A DNA stretch of 64,000 nt from an uncultured Azospirillaceae bacterium (GTDB taxonomy: Bacteria; Pseudomonadota; Alphaproteobacteria; Rickettsiales; UBA3002), in contig CAYGTO010000005.1 of assembly GCA_964352815.1 (NCBI GenBank), forward strand, positions 7,904 through 71,903. Reading direction: 5' to 3'. Shown here one piece after another: positions 21,603 through 30,349 of the stretch. The position numbers were made by a program, and so were the translations under genes. The notes beneath the pieces are model-generated. The model ran no database searches. It was not told where the DNA came from and was given only the letters and a program-made list of their open reading frames with translations. Position 1 is the stretch's first letter; each line of letters begins with the position of its first letter.

Positions 21603-22367
21603 ATGACAGATTTTAACAAACCCAAATTTATTATGATGGTAGGCGTTCCCATGTCCGGCAAGGACAGCTGGATCGGCCAGAACTTTGATTTTCAGGGGAC
21701 TAGCTCAGCGGATCTAGGCCTATATAAACGTAAGTCGGACGGTGCGACCTTTAACGTGATTTCCACCGATAATGAAGTATATACTGTTGGGTGTAAACAC
21801 TGTGTTACTTCCGATTTACAAGGCAGAGATGAGTATGTTCGTTACCAAGACGTTATGACGTACGATGATTGGCATCCCAAAGACAAGCCGGTGAGTGATT
21901 TATATCGAGAGGCAATTGATGAGGTGGACAAGAAGTTAGATGAGGCAATTGCTGCGGGCAAAAATATTTTGTTCAATCGCACGAATACAACTCAGCAAGA
22001 GCGCGCAGCTGTTATTGAAAAGCTAGGCGATAAATATGATGTCGAAGCGGTAGTTATGGTGCCATCTTCAGAAGAGATTGCATCACGCTATGAACGCTCG
22101 AACCCTAAAGAAATCCCGGGTTTTGTGATGGCTTCCAAAATGAAAAAGTTTGAAATGCCAACCAAGGAAGAAGGCTTTAGTCATATCCATATTAACCCGC
22201 CAACACGTCCAACAATTTTCCCGGGAATGGCAGGTGAGCGTTATGCACCGAGTGAGTTTATTAAAAAGAATCAAGCGGTGATAGATTCTTCAGTATTTAG
22301 GGGTGTCGAGGCAGTTCAAAAATATGATGAACTCGCTGCAGCACAGGTACGAGGCCAATCCCGCTAA
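21603..22367 (+). CDS. P-loop kinase-like protein (AAA_33 / polynucleotide-kinase-like)
   Basis: FIMMVGVPMSGKDSW is Walker A-like (GxxxxGKD, with D in place of S/T). ILFNRTNTTQQER resembles the kinase lid region of AAA_33 proteins. Confidence 0.55.
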   Translation: MTDFNKPKFIMMVGVPMSGKDSWIGQNFDFQGTSSADLGLYKRKSDGATFNVISTDNEVYTVGCKHCVTSDLQGRDEYVRYQDVMTYDDWHPKDKPVSDLYREAIDEVDKKLDEAIAAGKNILFNRTNTTQQERAAVIEKLGDKYDVEAVVMVPSSEEIASRYERSNPKEIPGFVMASKMKKFEMPTKEEGFSHIHINPPTRPTIFPGMAGERYAPSEFIKKNQAVIDSSVFRGVEAVQKYDELAAAQVRGQSR

Positions 22368-22410
22368 TTTCCTTCTTTAAACACCCCCCAAAATTTGCTA
22401 TCATAAAAGC

Positions 22411-23196
22411 ATGTTGGGGGCGCAGTTTTTTCGAAGCATCTACTCCGCGCAGGAGTTGCAAACCTCTTTTGAAGAAATTCACACCCTGCCGCATAGTCCA
22501 CAAGATCGTATTGAAACCGGCTGTCTTCATCAATATCTCGCCGTGCTAAACTATCATGACCGGGTCCATTTCCCGCTCGATATTATGAAACATTTTCAAG
22601 GGCAGGGGCCAGACTTTACGATTCGTAATGGCGCCTATTTCGGCGTGGAGATGACCAAAGTCACCACGCAGGATTATCAGGTCTGGCTGAAAAGCGGGCT
22701 AAATTATTGGCCAATCCAGAATATGGATGAATATGTCGATACGCGCGCGGAGCATCGCGTCGCCGATCTGACGATGTACCGCATCAAGAAAAAGAATTAT
22801 AAACTCCCGCTCTATAAAGCCGCAGTGCCAGATATGGAATATTGCGATCTGGTGTTGGAGGAAGATGGCAATGTCTGCATGAACAAAGGGGTGCTGATGG
22901 ATCTGCTTCAACGCAAAGTCCATACGCTAAAATTCCAGAACTTCCGAACGCTCTCCCTGATCTCTGGCTCTACGTTATTTTATGCGTTCAATACCGATGA
23001 TGCGGCAATTCTAAACGCGCCAGATATGATTAGCGCGATTCAAAACCGTACGAGTGATGTCACGAAACAGGCACTGTTCGAGAAAGGATGGGAGGAAACT
23101 AACGCGCTTGTGGTCCCGCCGAAAAGAACTGCTTTACCATGCCCACCGGGTCGCTCAACTTCGACTGAAGCTTCCCAATTTGCATCACGTCATTAA
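22411..23196 (+). CDS. hypothetical protein (261 aa)
   Basis: An ORF with ordinary codon usage and no family I recognise. Its 3' end overlaps the convergent COQ9-like gene by 98 nt. Confidence 0.45.
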   Translation: MLGAQFFRSIYSAQELQTSFEEIHTLPHSPQDRIETGCLHQYLAVLNYHDRVHFPLDIMKHFQGQGPDFTIRNGAYFGVEMTKVTTQDYQVWLKSGLNYWPIQNMDEYVDTRAEHRVADLTMYRIKKKNYKLPLYKAAVPDMEYCDLVLEEDGNVCMNKGVLMDLLQRKVHTLKFQNFRTLSLISGSTLFYAFNTDDAAILNAPDMISAIQNRTSDVTKQALFEKGWEETNALVVPPKRTALPCPPGRSTSTEASQFASRH

Positions 23197-23731
23197 TACG
23201 TCGGTGCAGAAATTCGCGTGTATCTTCATGGTTTTCTGAGGTGTCTTCAAGCCAAAAATACAGCGTTGTCATATAGACTTTGCTGAGCAGAGCACGTTTG
23301 GTGTACCAGTTATAATCCGTTGACTCATCACCTGCCGCAATCCACATCTGGTCCACTGTATTCCCCAAGAGGCGAAGCCCCTCTGGCATGTTCCACGGCA
23401 AATTAAAATGCGCAATGCCGCGGCGAATCGCATCTTTATGCGCTTCATTCTGTTCGAGGCGAACCATAACGGCGGTAGCAATGCGGTCGCGGATTTTCAT
23501 AGTGTCGAACGTATAATCATTGGTGAGAGCGTCCATCATACGCTGATCGGCGCGTTCAGAATGATAGGAGAGGGCGTCGGTTCCACCGTTAGGAAAGTGA
23601 ATTAGCGCGTCATCATATTTTCCGTGGAGCTCAAGGCAGGCAGAGCGCAACGACGCATCACTCCACCCATCGAACACGATGTGAGGGAGCATGGCGTCAA
23701 GGAGCGCATCTTTATCAATCAATGCCATCAT
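23099..23731 (-). CDS. COQ9 family protein (rpsU-divergently-transcribed-protein family)
   Basis: 210 aa. The N-terminus LLDAMLPHIVFDGWSDASL and overall length match the alphaproteobacterial COQ9-like family. Confidence 0.7.
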   Translation of the reverse strand: MMALIDKDALLDAMLPHIVFDGWSDASLRSACLELHGKYDDALIHFPNGGTDALSYHSERADQRMMDALTNDYTFDTMKIRDRIATAVMVRLEQNEAHKDAIRRGIAHFNLPWNMPEGLRLLGNTVDQMWIAAGDESTDYNWYTKRALLSKVYMTTLYFWLEDTSENHEDTREFLHRRINDVMQIGKLQSKLSDPVGMVKQFFSAGPQAR

Positions 23732-23773
23732 ATTAATATAGAGAAAATTGGGGCTGCCACAAGCGGCAAGTTA

Positions 23774-24805
23774 CTATGCGGATTCCGCCAGCTTAGAATT
23801 TTGTACGAATTGTGCTTTGATGATCTGTGCACGACGAATTGGATCTCTTTGGTGATGTCCTTGTTTGAGCGCCTCAAGTTTATGACGAATCCGCACGCCA
23901 ACGCTAATCACGCGTTCTTCTGGAAGCGTGATGCTCGCAAGAGTGCCATGACCAAAGGTACTGAAGAGAGTGATGTTCCCGTCATGTAAGTGAGTAAACT
24001 CTTTTGCCAGCGCTAACCCTAGGCGTATCCCTTTGGGGTCAGTCGCAAACACAGAATTGGGCTGAGCGAGCCCTTCACGAATTTTCTCTAAATGGTCAGT
24101 CTGAATGCCGGTCCCTTCATCCTCAATCGACAGGACGAGTGAACCGTTCGGTGCAACTTCTGCACGTAGCCAGATATTGCCATATTCTTCTGAGAAGTTG
24201 ATCGCATTACTCAGCAGATGGCTCATAGCCTGGGTTAGCTTGGCGCGGTCGATATTGACCACGACAGCACGTTGTTTAAGGTCGGTATGAATCTTTAGCT
24301 GCTTTTCTTGGATACGCTTCGCATGTAGCGAAACGGCATCCTCGGCAATATCGGACAGATTAATATGTTGGTCACGCAGTTTTAAACGGCCACTATCGAT
24401 TTCCGCAATTTCCAGTAAGTCACGAATTTTATTGAGCAATAAATAGCCGCTTTCTTGAATGTGGTCGAGATATTCGCGGCGTGTGTCATGGTCATAATCT
24501 TGATCGCAGCTTTGCAGCATTTGTGAGAAACCGATGATCGCGTTGAGCGGCGTTCGAAGCTCATGGCTCATATTGGCCAAAAATTCCGTGCGGCTACGTT
24601 TCGCAAGTTCGGCTTCATTTTTGTGCTGCATACACTCTTCCCAGAGCCGTTTATAAGCAGCATCTGATTGCAACCGTTCTTCGCTGGGAGGTGATTTTGG
24701 TTGTGAAAGAGCAGGCTGAGTTGGTTTTTCTTCTATAATTTCCTTCTGATCAGACGACGCATCTGAGCCAGAACGATAAAAGTCGCGCATGAACATCCAG
24801 TACAT
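23774..24805 (-). CDS. cytoplasmic sensor histidine kinase (HisKA + HATPase_c)
   Basis: H-box FLANMSHELRTPLNAIIGFSQML, N-box LLSNAINFS and G-box DEGTGI. No TM segment. Confidence 0.85.
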   Translation of the reverse strand: MYWMFMRDFYRSGSDASSDQKEIIEEKPTQPALSQPKSPPSEERLQSDAAYKRLWEECMQHKNEAELAKRSRTEFLANMSHELRTPLNAIIGFSQMLQSCDQDYDHDTRREYLDHIQESGYLLLNKIRDLLEIAEIDSGRLKLRDQHINLSDIAEDAVSLHAKRIQEKQLKIHTDLKQRAVVVNIDRAKLTQAMSHLLSNAINFSEEYGNIWLRAEVAPNGSLVLSIEDEGTGIQTDHLEKIREGLAQPNSVFATDPKGIRLGLALAKEFTHLHDGNITLFSTFGHGTLASITLPEERVISVGVRIRHKLEALKQGHHQRDPIRRAQIIKAQFVQNSKLAESA

Positions 24806-24903
24806 AATACCACAAGATCTCGTAGGTGTTCCTCAATAGTACCACAGCATAATCGATGTCATGCGGCTTGAGAATGGAATAGTGCACTGTGTGGATAAGA
24901 AAT

Positions 24904-25158
24904 TTACGCTGCGATTAGTGCGTCGAGTTCCCCTTTGCGATCTAGCGCGGCGAGGTCGTCAAACCCGCCCACATGTGTGTCGCCAATGAAAATTTGTGGA
25001 ACCGTGCGTCGCCCACCTGCGCGCTCAATCATTTTCTCGCGCTCAGCATCGTCGGACACATCGATTTCGCTGTAGTCAGCGCCTTTGCGTTTAAGTAAAT
25101 CTTTTGCACGCACGCAGTATGGGCATATGGGAGTGGAATAAACCGTGATATCGGCCAT
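24904..25158 (-). CDS. grxC: glutaredoxin 3
   Basis: 84 aa with the CPYC active site and TVPQIFIGDTHVGGFDDL. Confidence 0.9.
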   Translation of the reverse strand: MADITVYSTPICPYCVRAKDLLKRKGADYSEIDVSDDAEREKMIERAGGRRTVPQIFIGDTHVGGFDDLAALDRKGELDALIAA

Positions 25159-25173
25159 GAAAACCTCCTGGGG

Positions 25174-25671
25174 TTAGGCGTTATGTTCAGTCACCGCATC
25201 GAGGACGGCTTGAACGTGTCCATCAACTTTGACTTTCGGCCATAGTTTGGCAATTTTGCCTTCTTTATCAATCAAAAAAGTGGCTCGCTGCACGCCCATA
25301 TATTTCTTGCCATACATATTCTTTTCAACCCATACGCCGTAACGTTCGCACACATCACCTTCTTCATCAGACGCGAGTGCAAAATTGAGAGACTGCTTTG
25401 CTTTAAACTTATCATGCGACGCTATGCCATCTTTAGAAATACCAATGATTACCGTATCTTGCTTAGCGAAGGCATCGTGTAAATCACGAAAGTTCTGTGC
25501 TTCTGTGGTACATCCCGGTGTTGCGTCTTTCGGATAAAAGTAGACGACCACATTCTTTGAACCAACTAATTCGGCTGTGTTGATTCGCCCTTCGCCATCC
25601 GTTGGTAAATCAATGATAGGCGCTTGGTCGCCCTCTTGTAAGCTATTGTCTTTTAATGCGGCTTGTCCCAT
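25174..25671 (-). CDS. bcp: thioredoxin-dependent peroxiredoxin Bcp
   Basis: FYPKDATPGCTTEA. Start MGQAALK (ATG 25671) is preceded by AAGGAGAG. The ORF track begins at 25692. Confidence 0.9.
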   Translation of the reverse strand: MGQAALKDNSLQEGDQAPIIDLPTDGEGRINTAELVGSKNVVVYFYPKDATPGCTTEAQNFRDLHDAFAKQDTVIIGISKDGIASHDKFKAKQSLNFALASDEEGDVCERYGVWVEKNMYGKKYMGVQRATFLIDKEGKIAKLWPKVKVDGHVQAVLDAVTEHNA

Positions 25672-25797
25672 GAAGTCTCTCCTTTGTTGCATAAGATATA
25701 GGGCATGATCGCCATCTCACAAGGGGTATTCCATCTACCTCTATGCTTGCTATGATGAGGCAAATGCTTCATACAAGATGCCAGTTTTGAGACGCTT

Positions 25798-28700
25798 ATG
25801 ATCCTTCGACTTGTGAAATGGTTTTCTGCCGCTGCGTTTACCCTTATACTTTTGCTAGGGGCGGTAACGGCGTGGCTATTATATGACGAAGAAACTCTGA
25901 ATCAGATCGCCCCCAATATGATTACCTCGGCGCTTCAGGGTGACGTGTACAGCGCAGAGTTTGAACGGCTTGAAGTTACGAATGTGGATTGGGATGGCAG
26001 CATGGCGGTGTCTTTCTCCTCATTATCAATGATAAAAAACGGTACCTTCCGTATCGCCACCATTCCCAATCTCAACCTTACGCTTAATTGGCATGCGCTT
26101 TTGTTGGGGTATGTTTCGATTGAACGCGTGATGGTCGAGAACCCATATTTTATGCTCACGCGGCGTGTGAATGGAGAAACCTGGTTTAGCACAAAGAATG
26201 AACAAGAAGAAGTGGTGAGCCATGTTCCGATCGCGATGGTGCGTAAGATGGAGCAAGTGCTTCAGAAAAATATTGATGAAGAACAAGAAAATGCTCCATC
26301 TGTAGAAGAGAAACCTGGTGTGAGTAATGAAACACTGATCAGGGCAGAAGAGCTGTTCGGTTTTCTTTCTTCACTACCAGATGAGCTGACATTGAGAGGT
26401 TTCCATTTTGAGCTCGTAGATGAAATTGAAAAGCGTAGCGTGCATTGGAACGATGTGACTATCGCACTGCAAGAAGAGGATGGTGTACTCAAGGGGAATG
26501 GGCGCGCATCATTTGAACTCCCAACGCAAACGGCCTTGGTTAATGTGATTGCAGAGGAGGTGAGTTCAGGGCGTGTTGATGTGTCACTTGAGTTTTCGGA
26601 GCTGGATATCGCATCGGTTTGTGCGGTTAAGCCCAAACAATGCGGTGAACTTGCAGCGCTATCATTCCCTGTTTCTGGAAAGGTTGGGGTTGAAGTCTCG
26701 GCTGAGAATGGCCTAGAGCTCGTCGATTTTGCGTTTAAAGGTGAGCAAACCGCGGTCACTCATCCGGAGTGGTTTACGGCACCCGCGATGCTTGAGCATT
26801 ATCTGCTTGAGGGGGAATATGCGGCGCTAGAAAATGACCTCAAAATCAAACAGTTGCGCATGGAATTACCGAAAGCTACTATCGAAGGGGTAGGGCATGC
26901 CCAGTATCTCGACGCAGACCCTACAATTGAAGCAAGCCTGAGCGGTGCAAATATCGATATTGCTGAACTTAATACGTACTGGCCGACGCATATTGCTGTT
27001 GATGCTCGTAACTGGGTAACGGACCATTTGCTTGCAGGAACAGTCACGAAAGCGTCGGTGAAAGTAGACATTGATCGCGCAGATTGGCAGAAAGAAATCT
27101 TCCCGACAGAAGCGTTATTCGCTGAGCTTGATGTCCAAGATGCAACACTTTTATATTTGCCTAATTATCCCAAAGTTGAACTACTCGACGCGAGTGTGAT
27201 GTTTACAGCGAAGGAGATGGCGGTCGTGATTGCGGATGGAAAAACGCTGAAAGATTCTAAAGTGCTTGAGGGGACGGTCCGTATTCCTGACTTTTCGGTG
27301 AATGGCATGCCGATGGAGATCGATCTCATGGTTGATACATCCGCAGCGGACGTCGCGCGTTTTATTAATCCGCCGCGCTACACCTTCGCTAAGAAGCTAA
27401 AGTTCAATCCAAAGACGATCAAGGGGCGTGCTACGGGGGAGATTACGCTGCGTTTTAATACGAGCACGCCTGTTCCTGGAGGGGGCGAAGAGACGACTCA
27501 AGAAAATGATGATGCAATGGGCGACGTTTATTATGCAATCAACGCGCAGCTTCACAAGGTTGGCCAGAAAGGCATTCAAGGCGTTTGGGATTTTGCGAAT
27601 GTAGACGCCGAAGTTGTTGCAGACGCCAAGGGCGTGGAGATGAAAGGGATTGGCCTGATTCATGGTGAAAAATCAAAATTCAGTATCGAGAGTGTCGAAG
27701 GAAAACCAACACATTACACCTATAGCGGTTCACTGCCTAAAGCCAAGCTCTCTAAATTTGGGTTCCCTGAAATTGATGCGCTGACAGGCTGGGTATCGCT
27801 CGATGCAGATGTCACGGAATATGCTTCGAAGCAAGTCACAAAGCTCAACGTAGGTCTGACCAATGCTACGGTTGATCTTGGTGCGCTTGGTATGAAAGAG
27901 TCGGGGAAAAAGGCAAACATGTCGTTCGTCGCGCACGCACCCCACAAGAGTAATGAGACAGAGTTGAAGCAGTTTCGCTATAGCGGTGAGGGTTTCATGA
28001 TTAAAGGAAATGTAGTGACTGATGGAGCGCTTGGGATTCGCCGAGCGACGCTTCCCAGTTTGAAGTTTAACCAAACCGAACTCGCGCTCGATTATCATGT
28101 TAATTCGGGTGTGCATCATATCACGGTTGAAGGGCCAATGTTAAGCCTACGAGAAGAAGAAACAGAGGAAAATATAGATTCCGGGTTTTCATTAAGCACC
28201 CTGTCGCCCTTTGTGGCTATGGTTGATATTGAAGCGGTCAGCTTTGGTAAGGGCAAGCAATTGAGTAATGTGAAAGGCAATTTACATTGCCATGGAGAAC
28301 GCGGCCGATGTATGAGTGGTGAAGTGACGGCCTTTCTACCCAGTGGTGAAGGTATTAATATGGCGATTGGTAGAGAAGGCGGGCAGCGAGGGTTTTCGCT
28401 CAGTACAAATGATGCGGCGGGGCTTATGAAAGCCACCGATATCCACGATGATGTTACGGGTGGCACGCTTGATATCAAAGGGACCTACGATGATAGTAAA
28501 CCGAATAGCCCGCTCAATGGCCGTGTTCTTGCGACAGATTTTACGCTTAGAAACGCACCGATCTTGGGTAAACTGTTGACGCTAGGCTCATTCACGGGGC
28601 TGCTTGATACATTGCAAGGGAAAGGCATTAAGTTTGAGAAATTCTCGAGCCATTTCCGTTTAGCTGATGATACGCTTACCCTTCAAGAGGGGCGTGTTAA

Positions 28701-29097
28701 AGGGGATGCAATCGGTGCGACTATTGAAGGGGATATTCGAATTGATCAGAATATACTGAATTTGAAAGGGACTCTATTCCCTGCTTACTTCTTGAACACG
28801 TTGATCAGTAATGTACCAATTTTGGGTGAGCTAATTGCGGGGGGTGAAGGTGAAGGAATTGTCGGGATTCGTTATAGTGTTAAAGGAAATGCTAGCGATC
28901 CTAAAGTAGGGGTAAATCCTCTCTCGGCATTAACGCCAGGCTTCACGCGTAATTTCTTTGATGCTTTTGAGAGCGGCAGTGGGGCGGCAGAAGAGCCAGT
29001 AAAAGAGGCGCCGGAAGAGCGCGGAACAATTCTGAACCAAGAAGAAGCATTGCCACCCCTCGAGAAACAAGATGTGGAAGTCGTGCCGGCGCTTTAG
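25798..29097 (+). CDS. large AsmA-like / YhdP-like membrane protein (DUF3971-type)
   Basis: 1099 aa with an N-terminal TM anchor (FSAAAFTLILLLGAVTAWLL), a long beta-rich body and a C-terminal AsmA-like region (GIVGIRYSVKGNASDPKVGVNPLSALTPG). Confidence 0.65.
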   Translation: MILRLVKWFSAAAFTLILLLGAVTAWLLYDEETLNQIAPNMITSALQGDVYSAEFERLEVTNVDWDGSMAVSFSSLSMIKNGTFRIATIPNLNLTLNWHALLLGYVSIERVMVENPYFMLTRRVNGETWFSTKNEQEEVVSHVPIAMVRKMEQVLQKNIDEEQENAPSVEEKPGVSNETLIRAEELFGFLSSLPDELTLRGFHFELVDEIEKRSVHWNDVTIALQEEDGVLKGNGRASFELPTQTALVNVIAEEVSSGRVDVSLEFSELDIASVCAVKPKQCGELAALSFPVSGKVGVEVSAENGLELVDFAFKGEQTAVTHPEWFTAPAMLEHYLLEGEYAALENDLKIKQLRMELPKATIEGVGHAQYLDADPTIEASLSGANIDIAELNTYWPTHIAVDARNWVTDHLLAGTVTKASVKVDIDRADWQKEIFPTEALFAELDVQDATLLYLPNYPKVELLDASVMFTAKEMAVVIADGKTLKDSKVLEGTVRIPDFSVNGMPMEIDLMVDTSAADVARFINPPRYTFAKKLKFNPKTIKGRATGEITLRFNTSTPVPGGGEETTQENDDAMGDVYYAINAQLHKVGQKGIQGVWDFANVDAEVVADAKGVEMKGIGLIHGEKSKFSIESVEGKPTHYTYSGSLPKAKLSKFGFPEIDALTGWVSLDADVTEYASKQVTKLNVGLTNATVDLGALGMKESGKKANMSFVAHAPHKSNETELKQFRYSGEGFMIKGNVVTDGALGIRRATLPSLKFNQTELALDYHVNSGVHHITVEGPMLSLREEETEENIDSGFSLSTLSPFVAMVDIEAVSFGKGKQLSNVKGNLHCHGERGRCMSGEVTAFLPSGEGINMAIGREGGQRGFSLSTNDAAGLMKATDIHDDVTGGTLDIKGTYDDSKPNSPLNGRVLATDFTLRNAPILGKLLTLGSFTGLLDTLQGKGIKFEKFSSHFRLADDTLTLQEGRVKGDAIGATIEGDIRIDQNILNLKGTLFPAYFLNTLISNVPILGELIAGGEGEGIVGIRYSVKGNASDPKVGVNPLSALTPGFTRNFFDAFESGSGAAEEPVKEAPEERGTILNQEEALPPLEKQDVEVVPAL

Positions 29098-30347
29098 GCT
29101 GCTTTGACGAGCACGTGTTTCTTCTTCCCCGCAGAAAGCTTAATATGCCCTTCGCCAGTCACATGTGAAAGTGTTACAGGGCTATTCTCGTCGTCCACTT
29201 TCTCATCATTGATGCGCGCGCCGCCGCCTTGAATAAGTTGGCGAGCTTTTTTTCCTGACTCAGCAAGCCCGGCAAGGTGAAAGGCTTTGAAAGCGGGGAT
29301 CCCCTTTTCAAGTTCAGTTTTTTCGATCGCAACTTCGGGAAGAGCATCTCCCGTCGCTCCTTGCTCAAAGGTTTTTTGAGCAGTCTCAGCGGCTTCTTGT
29401 GCGGCCGCCTCTCCGTGGAGTAATACAGTCGCTTCATTCGCCAGCACCTTTTTCGCTTCATTGATCTCAGAACCTTCAAGCGCCTCGAGGCGCGCAATTT
29501 CATCCATCGGAAGCTCGGTAAACAGCCGGAGAAATTTCCCGACATCCGCATCTTCGGTGTTGCGCCAATATTGCCAATAATCATAGGCGCTGAGCATATC
29601 AGGGTTTAGCCAGACGGCGCCATCTTCACTTTTGCCCATTTTTTTGCCTGAAGCCGTGGTGAGTAGTGGCGAGGTGATGCCGAACAGTGGTGGCGCCGAG
29701 CCGTCACCAGCTAAGCGGCGATGAAGCTCGATTCCTTGCGTGATGTTTCCCCATTGATCGGAACCACCAAACTGTACGCGGCAGCCGTAGCGTTTGTAAA
29801 GCTCGACGAAATCAACAGCCTGAAAAATCATATAGTTAAATTCCAGCAAACTCATTTCCTGATCGCGCTCCAAGCGCAGCTGAACACTCTTGTTGCGAAG
29901 CATGCGGTTCAAAGAAAAATGTCGCCCATGCATATTCAAAAATTCAATGAAATTGAACGTTTCGAGCCACTCGGCATTATCGACATAAATTGTCTCTAAC
30001 CCTTGATTCAAAAGCTTCGGGAACGCCACTTTGATCGATGCCATATTCTTGGCGATTGTTTCCTCAGAAATAAGCGGGCGTTCGGTGTCTTTTCCTGATG
30101 GGTCACCAATTTTGGTGGTGCCTCCACCCAAAATCACAATGGGTTGATTGCCGGTCTTCTGCCACCAGCGTAGCATCATGGTTGGCAGCAAGTGGCCAAC
30201 ATGAAGGCTTGGCCCGGTACAATCATAGCCCACATAGGCGGTTGCGGGTTCACCGGCGTTTAGTAATGCGCGCGTGCCCTGTTCATCTGTGAGCTGATAG
30301 AAGAAGCCACGCTCGCGGCAGAGATCAAGAAAGTCAGATTCCGACAT
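29094..30347 (-). CDS. tyrS: tyrosine--tRNA ligase
   Basis: HVGH (HIGH) and KMGKS (KMSKS) motifs, with a C-terminal S4 domain. Confidence 0.95.
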   Translation of the reverse strand: MSESDFLDLCRERGFFYQLTDEQGTRALLNAGEPATAYVGYDCTGPSLHVGHLLPTMMLRWWQKTGNQPIVILGGGTTKIGDPSGKDTERPLISEETIAKNMASIKVAFPKLLNQGLETIYVDNAEWLETFNFIEFLNMHGRHFSLNRMLRNKSVQLRLERDQEMSLLEFNYMIFQAVDFVELYKRYGCRVQFGGSDQWGNITQGIELHRRLAGDGSAPPLFGITSPLLTTASGKKMGKSEDGAVWLNPDMLSAYDYWQYWRNTEDADVGKFLRLFTELPMDEIARLEALEGSEINEAKKVLANEATVLLHGEAAAQEAAETAQKTFEQGATGDALPEVAIEKTELEKGIPAFKAFHLAGLAESGKKARQLIQGGGARINDEKVDDENSPVTLSHVTGEGHIKLSAGKKKHVLVKAA

Positions 30348-30349
30348 TA

